A DNA stretch of 63,911 bases, the filler included, from Olpidium bornovanus S191 (Eukaryota; Fungi; Olpidiomycota): NCBI GenBank assembly GCA_017911155.1. It is 28 parts of 28 records of this genome, joined end to end, with 100 filler letters (N's around TTAATTAATTAA, not from the genome) between each part and the next. Parts side by side here need not be neighbours in the genome. Positions count along the whole stretch, not along the records: positions 44,166 to 47,760 come from JAEFCI010009486.1; positions 47,861 to 50,849 come from JAEFCI010005343.1; positions 50,950 to 52,104 come from JAEFCI010008957.1; positions 52,205 to 54,920 come from JAEFCI010011304.1; positions 55,021 to 57,380 come from JAEFCI010008200.1; positions 57,481 to 61,162 come from JAEFCI010010518.1; 22 more parts are not named here. One strand, given 5' to 3'. The notes beneath the pieces are model-generated. The model worked only from the letters and a program-made list of their open reading frames with translations, was not told where the DNA came from and made no database searches. Below are positions 46,951-61,162 of this stretch, one piece after another. The position numbers and the translations under genes are program-made. How positions within the stretch are numbered: position 1 is the first letter of the stretch; the number at the start of each line of letters is the position of its first letter.

Positions 46951-47760
46951 ATGGGCCCGAAAGCGTCTTTGCCGGAAAAACCGAAAGGGCCGGCAATCGG
47001 CGGGCCTGAGGTACCGCCCACGCGGCCGACCACGCCCGGACCGGCGATTTTACTCGACGATCCCGTAAACGATGTACGCGACGATGATTTGGAAACCGCT
47101 CCGCCGCGCGCTTTCTCCGCTGAAGTTGTGGTTTCGGACGTGACCTTGATGTCGCGCGCGGTATGCTGTCCCGACAGCACGAGTGGAAGATCTTTGTCTT
47201 CGCAGCGTATGTGGACGGGACAAGCCAACAGGAAGATCAATGCCTGCCGCCGCTATACGATTGTGTCGTTTCCGGCCTCAGAAGGCGGTTCAGTGTCATC
47301 AGCGTACCAGACGTTATCAATTGGGTAGAGAACGCTATTTTGCATCTCCCAGAGCGATCCCGATCCCGACATTGATAATCCAAATCCCAACAGGCCATCG
47401 AGAATCCCAGGCTCCACGAGGCCTGCAAAGAGATCAAGGCTGCTATTACAGCCGGCACGGAGATGACGGCTTTGCCGGCGGCTTTGCTGGCGCGGCTGAT
47501 CAAACTTAAGCTGCTGCAGCTTAAGAGGAGCGGTTTGGAGATTAAGAAAGCTCCGCCATCAGTTGCGTCAGACGAACTTCCTGGCTTTGCCTGCGCGCGT
47601 TACGATCTACAGGGAACCTTGTCGGGAAAACTAAAAGGGCCATGCTCGGCTGCAGGAGCGACTGGAGGGGCTTCCAGGTGGTGAGGGCCGGCCGCAAACT
47701 GCAAGTGGAAAGCTTATTAAGGTTGCGACAAAGACCAAGCCCGGTTCGGCTTCAAAAGAA
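46951..47760 (+). CDS. SPAG17: SPAG17/PF6 central-pair protein, N-terminal exons
   Basis: HEWKIFVF..RRRFSVISVPDVINW and LHEACKEIKAAITAG..LLARLIKLKLLQLK resemble SPAG17 NDWQASI..RKLFSMVSWQDI and IGKLLKFQLLQIK. Confidence 0.65.
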
Positions 47761-47860
47761 NNNNNNNNNNNNNNNNNNNNNNNNNNNNNNNNNNNNNNNN
47801 NNNNTTAATTAATTAANNNNNNNNNNNNNNNNNNNNNNNNNNNNNNNNNNNNNNNNNNNN

Positions 47861-49593
<1,733 letters not shown>

Positions 49594-50370
49594 GTTTTTT
49601 TTTTTTTTTTTTTTTTTTCGGCTTCGTTTTGGGTTTGGTTGGGTTGGGTTGGGTGGTTTCGGAGCGGGGGTGAGTCTCCGGTTCTCCGGAGAGACGCGCC
49701 CAAATTATTCGGAGAGGCCTCTCTCTCTCCCCCCCGCGCGCGCGCGCTTCCTTTCCTTTTCCCCTTCTTCTTCTTTCCTTTCCTTTCTTTTTCCGCTCCC
49801 AAAAGCCCTGTCGCCGCGGCCCTCGCAGAAAACGGGCATTTGGAGCTTGCGGGGGAGAGAAGCCTGGAGCCTCTTCCGCCCCCCCCCCCTTCCCCGCCCG
49901 CCTGCAAGTGCCCCTCGCCGAGCTCCCCGTAGAAGACGATGCGGCGAAGAAGAGCAATCTGCAGGCCGCAAGCTTCATCTTTTCCTCTTTTTTTTTTTTT
50001 TTTTTTCCTCCCCTTCTTCCGTTCATTATGCCGGGTTCTGGTTGCGCCCCGGAGGCAGCTCACGCCCACGACGAAAGAAGAGAAAAACCACGACTTTCGC
50101 GGCGGAGACCTCGCGAACAAAAAACAACTCTCCCCGGCCTGGTTTTTTTTTATTTTGGTTAACGTAGAAAGCAGAGCTGGGCAGCGCAAAAAAAAAAAAA
50201 AAAAAAAAATCGTCCGTAAACAAAGCCAGACGTGCAAATCAAAACAAAAACTATTAGAAAGTACGGGGAGCCGGCACGTTCCGAACGCAGTAACGCAAAA
50301 AAAAAAATAAAAAAATAAAGAGAACGATCCTGGCCTCCGCCACCCCCTCACTCCCCCCCAAGATCTCTTG

Positions 50371-50667
50371 TCATTCCATCGTCGCCTTTTCGCTGGCGAG
50401 CGCAAGGCTGGGGATCAAAAAAGAAAAAGAAAAAAAAAAAATTCCACGGAGCGTAAGCATATCGTCTTTTTAAAAAAGAAATACCGCCCTGTCGAGAAAA
50501 CAAAAAAATTCTGGAACGCAACAAAAAATTCGCAGTCGAAAACACGCACCGGCGGATATTCCCGATCGTTCCCGCCGCGGCCTCCTGCAGCACGGTGTCT
50601 GAAGAACCCACCATTCCCAGTAGCAGCTGCACCACGCCGTTCTCGTGCATCGTGATGCAGTTGTCGG
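50371..50667 (-). CDS. ARMC4: ODAD2/ARMC4 outer dynein arm docking protein, last two exons
   Basis: [39 protein letters not shown] | [11 protein letters not shown] is nearly identical to the ARMC4 C-terminus. Confidence 0.9.
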
Positions 50668-52291
50668 CTGGAGGGGGCGGAGCGATAGATTCCACTCCGG
50701 TTAGCGGAAAGCGAAACGGAAAATACGGACCGTTTCTGGCCCTTCCCCGGAACCGCAAATTCCTCCGACCTCCCTTTCCCCATCTCCGACCTCGCCTTCC
50801 CCTCCTCCTTCCGCGCCCAAAAAGAAAAAAAAAACACTCACGGTCCATGNNNNNNNNNNNNNNNNNNNNNNNNNNNNNNNNNNNNNNNNNNNNTTAATTA
50901 ATTAANNNNNNNNNNNNNNNNNNNNNNNNNNNNNNNNNNNNNNNNNNNNCATGCGCGCACAATTCAACCCTGATACTCGTGTGGCCCCTCAGGTAGGGGC
51001 GCTTTGTCGGAGGTTGAGTATGCGGGTCACGTGACCCATTGGCAGAACGCCAATTCTGCACACGAGAACAACGCTCCAGAGGGGTCAATACAGAACCATA
51101 TCCCCCGTGTAGAGAATCTTTGCCCTGTTCACAGCTGCTCCGCCGTAACCTGCTCATACCTTGACACGCTTGGCCAGCTAGCCGCGGTCCTGATTAAGAA
51201 AGCAGCGAAGTTGGCGATGCGGACCCACTCGGATTCTCGGGCATCATCAATACCCCACGAACTTGCGGTTTCTACTGATGCATCAGCTCCGCCTGAATTT
51301 CGATCGTGTTCTCTTCGTCATTGTTGTTCAATTGAGCCCGATCAACCGTGCCTCGTCGGCTAAATTCTCACAGTAGATGTCGACTGTCAGCAAGAATGGT
51401 TCCCGTGCCTCAGCACTTGGAAAAAGGCAAACCTTTCGCGTATCGGTCAAATTTACGCAGAAATCCGTGACATCCCAACAGCGGAAAAAAAAACCCACTT
51501 ACTTGGTGCTGTTCGCAATACGTCTTTCTGTTTTCTCGCTTGCTGCCGGAAGTTCGTGTTCTTCGCCGGGGTCGCGTTCGTTGGTGGTCGAATCGTGCGC
51601 AACGCTCAAAAGGCGAGAAAGGAAAAAAAAAACGGCCGAATAAACGTTTCTCTTATTACGGCAGAGGCCGAGAACCCTTCTGGCGCCGACTAAATAGTCT
51701 GGTCAGATTTGTCCACCAGAGACTGATTTCGCATTTTCGAGCGGTGGGCGGGACGGGGGTGCGCTCGGTCGCTCCCCGTGCCGTTTTTTGTGTTCTCCCT
51801 TGCCGACCGTGCCCTCCCTCCCGCTCCCTCCGCAAACGAGTTCGATCCGGGCCCGTTCCCAAATGCATTTTTTTTACTTTCTTTTTTTATTTTATTTTCT
51901 TTTCTTTGCCCCGGCCGGGTTGTTGCGCGCGCCTCTTTGTCGCTGAGGGTTTGGCGCGCCGGGAGGCACCGACGGAAAATGCGCATGCTTGCCACAGCAG
52001 AATGTATTTGAGAACGAGGGATCCGACGAGGCAGTACACGACGAGCGGGCACGGCTTGCATTTGTTTACTGTTTGCACGGGGGAGCAAAAGGCGTTGTGC
52101 CGAGNNNNNNNNNNNNNNNNNNNNNNNNNNNNNNNNNNNNNNNNNNNNTTAATTAATTAANNNNNNNNNNNNNNNNNNNNNNNNNNNNNNNNNNNNNNNN
52201 NNNNCATGACTGTCCAATCCGCGCACTCCTTCTCATCGATGAAAGCGAGTCACCGCTTTTCGCTTCCCTCGCTCTTAACTTCAAAGGTGCT

Positions 52292-52359
52292 TTTTTTTGC
52301 TTGAGTTCGTAGCCTTTGAGTTCGTGTGAATTGGTATGAACTAAAATCTGTATACTCAT
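52292..52359 (-). repeat. Small dispersed element, copy 2
   Basis: Inverted near-identical copy of 23336-23402. Confidence 0.85.
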
Positions 52360-52386
52360 AAAAAAGACTGCGGCGGTTCGCCCTAG

Positions 52387-53218
52387 ATGGCGTTTTCAGG
52401 TCTGCTCAAAGGTCAGTTCCCTCGCTTTTCGTCACCGGAGGAAACGGCAGGAAGAGCTGTTTCGCTGACACTCCCCTCTCCTCCTTCCCACGGTGACCGT
52501 TTCTGTTTTTGCCGCCGATACGGGGCGGGCGCCAACAAAAGATATCGAGAAACTCTATGAGCCGCTCTGCGCCGTTCACCGCGACTTCGCCGCAGGCGAA
52601 ACTCGCCGGTTCGTACAGAACTTCGACTACGACGTAAGGCGGCTTCCGGTTTTGACGAAGGAGGAGATCACCCAGGGCGCTGTCCGTCGACTCCGGCTGA
52701 CACAGCGAGTTTCTTTTTTTTTTCTTTTTTTTATGCCCCCCCCCCGTCATCAGACATTGGGACGCACTCGGGCAGACGATGCTCTAGCGAGCGTCGAGAA
52801 CGCGGCGGCGTCCCGGCAACGAATCAATTGTCTGGCCGAGACACTGGCAGACACTCGGGCCAAACAACTCGGTCTCTTACGGGAGCAACGTACTCGCCGC
52901 ACCACTTATCTTAGTGAAACTGTGGGGCGTGGGGGGGCTTGAAAAAATCAGTATTTTCACCCGCAAACGTGTCATTTCTCGTCCTTCAAGTGGCGCAGGC
53001 GATCCAGTTGTGCGAAGAGGCCAGCAACGCTTTCAATTACAAAAACGTGAGTCCTCTGTTGTTTTGTTCCGCTTGCCCGGGCAGACCACTCTCGGCGCTG
53101 ACAGCCGCATCCTCAGAGGTTCGCAAACCGGTTGTCGCTGAGCAAGGAGGACTATCGGGCGGTCATAGAGGACAGGAAGGCGGCTTTCGAGGAATCGCTG
53201 GCCAGGGAGACTGCGTAA
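52387..53218 (+). CDS. BLOC1S5: BLOC-1 subunit 5 (Muted)-like protein, apparently complete, five exons
   Basis: MAFS | DIEKLYEPLCAVHRDFAAGETRRFVQNFDYD (cf. Muted KDLGEIHSRLLDHRPVIQGETRYFVKEFE), followed by coiled-coil exons in phase. Confidence 0.7.
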
Positions 53219-53739
53219 ATTTGGGCCGGAACCTCGCGGGACAAGGTGAAGCGCTCTCTCGCGAACGTGCGCCTGAGCTGACAACCTGCTCAGGGGAAGA
53301 AACGGCGCCAACTAGATGCCGCTGGCGTTTGCTCAGGAGCGCCCCCGCCTCAAGTGAGATGCAGCTCGCGTTTGTGGCTGACTATCCGTCGACTGCAAGC
53401 CGACTAGCCGCCCACTGCAAGCTCGCCGCTCGTGGGTCTTCGCAAACCCGTAATTTTTTATGCACTTGTTGTTTCCCAAAGGAGGCATGTCCGAGGAACA
53501 TAGCGTTGGAAAGTCCATGCCGCCATCGCGTGCCACGGCCTAAAGCTCGTACCAATAGTACTGTATAAACTCGCGGATGTACATTAGGCAGCCGATGACC
53601 GTGAGGCGGCCAATGAGTCGCGCAGCGGTGTAACCCCAAGAGGCCATGTCGAATCCTGCGAGAGTAAAGCGCACCCCGCCCTGCGTTTTTGGATCGCAGC
53701 AACGAAGGTTGTGAGGCATAGACACGAGTTAACGGGCAA

Positions 53740-54828
53740 AAAAAAACCCCTCCCCGGCTTGCACTGCCGGCGCTACCGCCACCACCAACACCATCACCGC
53801 AAGCACCAACACCACCACCACCACCACCACCAACCACACCTCGAGGAGAAGCACACACAAACTCAGAGTCAGGTACGCGGAAGCATGTCTGTCGTGCCGC
53901 TGGCCCAGAAAATTCCGTTGTACAACGTACAGGCTTCCGGCTAGTAAACGGCGCCAACGCTCTTGTCAGCCGCCTGGAACGCACGGCCAGTTTTCTGCGA
54001 AGCTCAATCGGGCGGCTTTTTTTTTTTTTTTTTTTTTTTGCTTTGACGTACCCGTGAAGACATCTGCGAGGATTTTGACGACGCTTTTCACCGTCTCCGT
54101 TCGTCGGCCTCTGGCTCGATTGAAATCAACTAGGCGCGTGTGTGACAAACAGGTTGGTATTGGAGCCCGCAACAGCTCGACGTCGACGTTCTTTTTTTTT
54201 TGAAACCTTTGCCGGATTGACGAAGGACTTACAGGATACGGCCGTCAATAGATCCGCAAAAATCAACAGCTCGGCAGTAAACATCAGCAACTTGCCCAAA
54301 CGGTTCAGTTCTGCTTGGATGGAAACAGGCCTCAGATATCGCGGCAGCCGGGTTCAGAATGCTCGCCAAAACCGGGTTCCCAAAGGCGTGGGGTGATGGT
54401 GTGGGGTGGGGGGGGGGAAGGGGCCGGCGGCGGGCGGGAGAAGCGGGGGGAGGGGGGGATCAAAAATAGGCACGCACGTACGCCTCGTTTCTCCAAAAAG
54501 GGCAAACGGGCCGTCCAGCGGAACCGTCGGTTCGTCTGAGCGCCCCGAAGCGAGATCCGGTCCGCATCAGTGGCAAATCCCGTTTAGGCCCGTCCAGAAA
54601 AGGGTTGCGCCTCGCCGCCCGAGGCTACAAAAAAAAGAAACCTTCCGCCTCACCTTTGGTCACGGCGGCAGAAGAAGCCTTTGCCAGCCGGATTCCCAAA
54701 AAGGATTTGCCGTTCGGCATAACGAGCCGGGCGGGCATGCGCCTCGCGGTGAAGGCGACGGGATCCTCGCGAGGCGGGATCATCGAGTTGTAGTTGTACG
54801 ACCATGGCTCATCCGGCAAATGCGCCAT
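53740..54828 (-). CDS. Unidentified multi-exon gene, weak MED7-like resemblance
   Basis: ATG at 54828, GT-AG exons EPTVPLDGPFALFGET and RPVSIQAELNRLGKLL..FADLL; family call is tentative. Confidence 0.3.
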
Positions 54829-55084
54829 TATGTGGGACCGGAGGCTCCAGGGGGAAGCGTAGGGAAGTAGTGAGGGGCGGGAGGGGAAGCGGCGGTGCGG
54901 GTTGTGTGGTTTTCGGCGGCNNNNNNNNNNNNNNNNNNNNNNNNNNNNNNNNNNNNNNNNNNNNTTAATTAATTAANNNNNNNNNNNNNNNNNNNNNNNN
55001 NNNNNNNNNNNNNNNNNNNNAAAAAAAAAAAAATAAAATAAAATAAAAAAAAACTAAAATAAGGCGTCTTATATTCGAGGGCTC

Positions 55085-57069
55085 GAACGTACTTCATGAG
55101 GACCTCGTGAGTAAATTGCAAAATGCCGTTCAAAGTGAACTTCCGACGGTCCTTCGCGAGGCTGAAGAGCAGACTCATGCACCCCGCGACGGGAGATTGG
55201 TAATCCTCCATGGGATCGAGCCGCTTGTGCACGTACTCCACCGCGTCGTCCTCCCAAACCTCGTCGTCGCGGTCGGAAAAGCAAAGCATTGGGAAGATAA
55301 AACGAGTCACAATGACGTCCACGTAGGGCTTCATTTCTTTCCACGTGGCCGTGTGCTTCACGCTTGAGTTGACTAGAGTTAGAAACTCACGAAGAAGAGC
55401 CGAAACGCTTTGCGAAAGGCGCCAAAAACTCGCCGCCAGGGACTCACGCGTCGTCGAAAAACGCGGCGAGGGCGTGGAGGGCAACGGGACTCATCCACTG
55501 CTTGCCCTGGATGTACGAGTCCGCCAGCATCAGGTACGTCCGCAGAATGTCGACCGCCACGCCCGAGACGAGCTGCTTGGCAAACAAGATGTCCCGCGCC
55601 GCGCCGGGGTTCTTGGCTGCGTGCGCGGATGAGGTACCGAGAGCTCTGTTCCCGTATCTGCATAAAAGAGGCCGGCGTTGTCACGGGGAGGATTGGAGCG
55701 TAACAAACTTTATCCGGCGGGAATTTCAGGCACGCCGCCGACAAACGCCGAATGCGTTTTAACTCCGAGGGGAGCCTTTCCACACGCCTCACCTGCAGAA
55801 CCAGACGTTCAGGCAGTTAAATGCCCACTTCTTGCATTTCCACCACGGATGCTTTGCTCTCGCATCTTCGTCCTCCGGCAGAGACCCAGTCGGCACGATC
55901 CGCTTCACAACTTGAAGGAAAAGCGAACCCCACGAGACAAGCCACTTGGTCGACCTTTGGAGATCCGAAAGTTCTGTCTGAAGCCGCGTGGGCAGGGGAA
56001 GAGCAGAGGAGGGGGAGTAGGAACAAAAGGGAGACCCAGTTCGCATCGCGGATTAACCGCAAGAATTCTACCGGAGGCGAGGGCAGCGAGCGACTCCCGC
56101 AAAAAACCTCTGCAAATACCTGCATGGAGGCGTGGTAGCCCTTCAATAACAAACGGAGCATTCCTGCCGCTTGCTCGTTGTCTTGCGCGACGAGAAGGTT
56201 CCCGGCCTCGAGGGCTGGCGGGAAGAGCTCCCGGATCACGTTCTCAAGAGGACCGCGCTTGGCTACAGGGCGCCACTGGTAGACCTTGACCACGGAGTGA
56301 AAGGCGTGGACGCCGGCGGCGAGCAGCGAGCTGTCGTTGGTGGCCGACAGAAGGTTGCGGACAGTTGGCACGAACTCCGGCCATTTCTCCGGGAACTCCT
56401 CCGTGAGTATAACGATCAAGCATACAACCAGCTGGGAGCGGACCACCGGCGGCGCGCGGACGAGGGCCTCGAGAATGTTCTTCTTCACATTCTCCTTGTC
56501 GGCGGCGGGAATGACGGCCGCGGAAGACTCAAAGTGGTCCTTTTCGGGAGCGCCCGTGAGGTCCCAGGAGCGCTGTACACGGTTTTTGAAGTAGACAGCG
56601 ATCGCCTGCCGCGTCGAGTTAGACGTCTCCGGCGAGCTCAGGAGCGTCAAGAGCACCGTCATTGCGCCCTCGACGCTTTGGAACTAGGACAGCAGCAGCG
56701 GGAAAACCGAGACATGGGGTTGGGATCCCAGACGCAACGACGGCTTTCTTCCGGCCCGCCCCGGGCACCCCAGAACCACCGCAGTCCACGCTCCGACAGC
56801 GCTTGTTTTTTTTTTGTGGTCTTTTATTTTTGCGCACCTGCTTTATCTGCTGCTCCGCCGCGGCGCGGACCTCGGGACTAGGGCTCAAGGTCCCGTCAAA
56901 TATCTGGCCACGGAAACAAGACGAGCGCGTGGTTCGTTTGCACATTCCTCCCCAGAAAGGACATTTTTCCCGGACTCTGCCATAACGCACTCGGTGCGCT
57001 GCGTCGAAACCGCGTGGTGCGCCGCCGCGGCCACGCACTTACTTGGTAGATAGCGTTGATATCTGCCAT
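55085..57069 (-). CDS. NMD5: Importin-7/8 family karyopherin (Nmd5/Sxm1-like), 5' half
   Basis: TLSPSPEVRAAAEQQIKQ..RQAIAVYFKNRVQRSW (IBN_N), FPEKWPEF, HPWWKCKKWA, IFPMLCFSDRDDEVWEDDAVEYVHKRLD. Confidence 0.92.
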
Positions 57070-58870
57070 CGTTCTTTTTCCGGAAACGAAAAAGGGGGAA
57101 AAAAAAGGAAAAGAACAAACGAAAGGAAAAGCGGCGGGGGGGCAGGCCTTTTCCGGCCGGACGCAAACACGCTCGCGCGGCGCGGGAACAGCGACACGCG
57201 GTCCTTTCTGCGTCGTCGGCGTCGGCGGTCCGCAGCCGGGAGGAGGGGTGGGAAGGTGGGGGTGGGGGCCGAGCGAAGCCGGCAGATTTCTTTCTTTCTT
57301 TCTTCTTCTTCCTCTTTTGGTTGTCGTTGGCGGGTGGAGCGGGAGAGGGCGGCGGGCGGGCGGCGGCGGGGCGAGGGCGCNNNNNNNNNNNNNNNNNNNN
57401 NNNNNNNNNNNNNNNNNNNNNNNNTTAATTAATTAANNNNNNNNNNNNNNNNNNNNNNNNNNNNNNNNNNNNNNNNNNNNCATGTCCCGCATTGGCAACC
57501 GGGCTGTCACGACAGAGCCGGCGCGTCAGCACCTTACGCCGCTCCTCCTTCCCCACCTTCTCCTACTTCCTTTCCGTCGCCTTCTCCTTCTTTGCGCAGA
57601 CAACAGGCAAACCAGACAGACAGACAGAGAATGCACGTCCCGCCCGCGGTACAGCTCCCGGCTCCTCTCCAAATGGTGGAGATTCGACTATCCCCGCTGC
57701 CTCCGCCTCCGAAACCGTCGCCTCCGCCGCCAAATGAATTCTGTGCTACCTCAAGAGCACGAGGACCCGTGGGATCCGCTTCGCAGGACTTTCAGGCGCG
57801 AGCTACGTGCAGTGCAATTATATATCGCAAAAAAAAAGAAAAAAAATGGCGCCGGCCCACCAGCCTCCCCTCTCTCCGTCCCCTCCTGCGGCGTCCCGTT
57901 TCCGCTCCGACTCCCCTTCCCGCCCCCAACTCCCCCACGCCCGCACCGACCCGATAACGCGACACCGGGGACCCGTTGGAACAGAGGGAGGCAAAAAAAA
58001 TAATTTCCCTATCTTCCCCGCGGGATATGCGCAAAAAGTTCGCTGCCATACCCTCTGCGGCAACACGGAGCAGCAGCGGACGTTACTGGGCGTTCTGTGC
58101 CTGCCCAAAACAGTCTGTTTTTGTACGTGTCGTGTTCTGGTATTTTCGTGGGCGCTTAAACCTCGCGCGGCGTTCAGGGGACAATCGCCCGAATCTTTTT
58201 TACTTGCCGGCTTGGACCACCCGTGCGATGCGCCGCCGACTGCGCGCGGGGGCCGGAGGCGCCAGTATGAAAACCCTATCGCGGAACAACGGCAGCAACG
58301 TCGGCTACATGCAGCGTCCTCCAGAGTCGATGCTTTGATTTGCGCTTCTCTGCGTCAGCGCGATCGATGAGACGAAAGTGGGCTCTCGCCGGCTTGCTTC
58401 TGAAAGTTCGTTGAGGGTGAAGGATGGGCACCGCACCCGTACCCCCTCTCGCCCATCGCCCCACCCCTGAAACGCGCGTCTATAGCGGAGGTCGAATGTT
58501 GGCTGCTGCTGCCCGAGAGCGGCGGTCGCATGTTGGGTGCGGCCGGCCAAGAGCGACGGTCGCGGGCGTCCCCCGTTCCCCCGGTCCGGTCCGGTCGGCA
58601 CTTCGCGCGCGAACTTCCCCGACTCGTTCTCTGTCCAGAGTGAATAGTACCAGCGCGCGAAGGGGAGTGGGGAGGGTCGGTCCACACGCAGCCCCTCCTC
58701 GACCGGAACGCGCGGCTGCTCGCGTTTTCCTGCGTGCCTGGGCCCCGTCCCGCGGCCTTAAGGCCGCTCCAGAATACGCTGGCCGACTTTGTCTTCCGGG
58801 GACGAGTGAATTTGTGGGTTTGCAGCGAACGCCGGGCGGGAAATGTCCGGCGTACGACGGACCAGGCGAT

Positions 58871-59398
58871 TCACGGCTCGGTCGAACAAGCGGCGACGGC
58901 TCGGGGTTCGCGGGGCGGCGTGACCTCTATCATGGTCGTTCCCGCACACCTGCCGCCGGGGGAGGGGGCGGGGCCGGAACGCGCGGGCAACACAAGAGGA
59001 CGAAAGTAAGCTCGCGGTGGCGCCGGGTGGGGATTAGGGGTAGGTGGCTTTGGCCCGGGAGAGGATCGGGAGCGGATCCAAAAGAAAAAGAAAGCGGACC
59101 GCGGGCTTTTCCAGGCGGAGAGAGCGTCGCGGGAGCTTGCCCACCGGGAGAAAAGCCTCACGAAGGGCACGCATATGACGACGTCGAAGGCGGAGTCCGC
59201 CCCGCATTCGTACTGCAGCATCTCGAGCAACTCGCAGTTCCTCCCGCCGCCACGGCCGGCGTCCCAGCCCGGCTGCGCCTGCGCCCGGGCCTTCGACCGC
59301 TGCGTCGGGCGCAGCATGCTTTCGTCGGGCGGCTGCGAGCGGGCCCCCCGCTGCGTCAGAGTCGTCGCCTCGGGTATTGCGGAAGGAACCGTCGTCAT
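58871..59398 (-). CDS. SOM1: Som1-like mitochondrial inner membrane peptidase subunit, two exons
   Basis: NCELLEMLQYEC..VICVPFVRLFSR | CAGTTMIEVT (cf. Som1 CRLKELVQWEC..VCSPFKRLFEHC..YEVT); intron 58950-59144. Confidence 0.78.
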   Translation of the reverse strand: MTTVPSAIPEATTLTQRGARSQPPDESMLRPTQRSKARAQAQPGWDAGRGGGRNCELLEMLQYECGADSAFDVVICVPFVRLFSRWASSRDALSAWKSPRSAFFFFWIRSRSSPGPKPPTPNPHPAPPRAYFRPLVLPARSGPAPSPGGRCAGTTMIEVTPPREPRAVAACSTEP

Positions 59399-60191
59399 CC
59401 CGTGCCGTGCGCGCGCGCGCGCGTGTTCCGGGAGGGCAGCTTGTTTTCGTGTCGGAGGATAAAAAAAAAAAAAGAAAAAAAAAAAAAAAAGAAGAAAAAA
59501 CCGCCGGTCGCCGCAAAGCGCTCGCAGCTTTTGGTTGCGGTCCACTGCGGTTCTTCTCGCGCGCGCGCGCTCTCTCTCTCTCCTTCCAGAGCGAGTCTCA
59601 TACCGAAGAGCGACCGCGGCGCATAAAGCGTTGGAGCGGACGCCTTGACGTTCTGGTTCTCCTGGCCGTCCTCGCGATCGTCGGCGCTGGACCCGTGTCC
59701 GCGGTGCGGCCGTCTTCGCACGCAACCGCCGCGCACGGAAGCGCCGCCCGCAAGCAGAGCGTACGCAAGAGTGCTGCTGAGCGAGCGTGGACTGCTGCAG
59801 ACCCGTTCGCCTTCCCCCGTCCCAGGAGCATTTCCGTGCGCAGAAGGAGAGCGGGGAAGTGAGGGGGCGCAATGGGGCGGCACATGCTGGTGCTGAGCGC
59901 GTCGCGGCGCGCCTTGTTTGAGGCTGTCGGGCGTGCGGTGCCGCTCCGCGCCACTACACGCGCGAGGTCGGCCAGGTGCTGCCCCGCGGCGGTCTCGACA
60001 TGGAGGAGCGGCCCGCGCCGCGAAGCACGCACTTTGGCGGCTCGCTTCCGGCACGACAGCACCGCGAACGCCCCGCAGGTAGGATGGCCCCTCAAAATTC
60101 TCGCTTTTTGCGTTTGCGTCGTCCGGCGCGGAAAGAAAAAAGCGCTGTCGTCGCTCACGCTTTTGCGTTTGTTCCTGTTTGTCTCTCCAGG

Positions 60192-61162
60192 CGTCCCGCG
60201 TCCAGGCGTCCCGCGTCCAACCTCCTTCCGACACGTCAACTGCGTGGTAGGTACGGCAGCATGTTGCGAGTGCGGAGGTGGGGGGAACCGGGCGGGATTG
60301 TTAAAACCGGAAAGCCACTGACGTCGTGCGCGTGCAAAAGCCTCGGTCCGCGGACTGCCGGGCTCGGCGAAGCCGAGCGCCATCCGCGGCCGGACGGCGG
60401 ACGCTCGGCGACAACCACCGCGGGCGGCGGGGAGGCGTGGAGAGGACGCCAAGGTCACCCACGTCCGGCCGCAGTCCCTCCGGCGACTCCGCAAGAACGG
60501 CGGAAACGGGAGCCCGTCGAACAGCGGACGGTTTCAAAGGGCGTCAAGGGCTCTGTCGCGGGGGAGGCTCTCGGCTGGACGATTGCAGAAGACGTTGATG
60601 CCAAGCGGTTGTACGCCCGCGGTGAAGCGTGGAACGGACGCCAAGGTCAACCACGTCCTCCCGCCGTTCCTCCGGCGACTCCGAAAGAACGGCGGAAACG
60701 GGAGCCTGTCGAACAGCGGACGGTTCCAAAAAGCGTCAAGGGCTCTGTCGCGGGGGAGGCTTTCGGTTGGACTACCGCAGAAGACGCTGATGCCAAGCGG
60801 TTGCACGCCCGCGGTGAAGCGTGTAGTGGACGGCAAAGGCACCCACCTCCTGACGCCGTCCCTCCGGCGATCCCGAAAGGACGGCGGAAACGGGATCCCG
60901 TCGGACAGCGGACGATTCCAAAGGGCGTCAAGGGTTTTATCGCGGGAGAGGCTCTCGGTTGGACGACTGCAGAAGACGCTGATGCCAAGCGGTTGTCGTA
61001 CAAAGTGTTAAGCGAGGAAGTGCTCCGCCAGATGGCGTTCGACATGTTTCCCGAGTTGCGACCGAAGGACGCCCCCCCCTCTTCGGCAGAAGCCGACTTT
61101 GTGAAGCCCGAGGAGAATCCCCAGGAGCCCGAGGACGAGGCCAAATCGGCCGAAAAACGCAA
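60192..61162 (+). CDS. Unidentified protein containing three 64-aa repeats, 3' truncated
   Basis: Uninterrupted frame through the repeats; upstream exon structure unresolved. Confidence 0.55.
60429..60995 (+). repeat. 192-bp tandem repeat, 3 copies, in frame
   Basis: Units start at 60429, 60621 and 60813; no indels. Confidence 0.95.

Noticed and set aside
53540-53725. Imp1-like peptidase N-terminus
   Set aside because: No catalytic SM.PT motif could be joined by plausible splicing.
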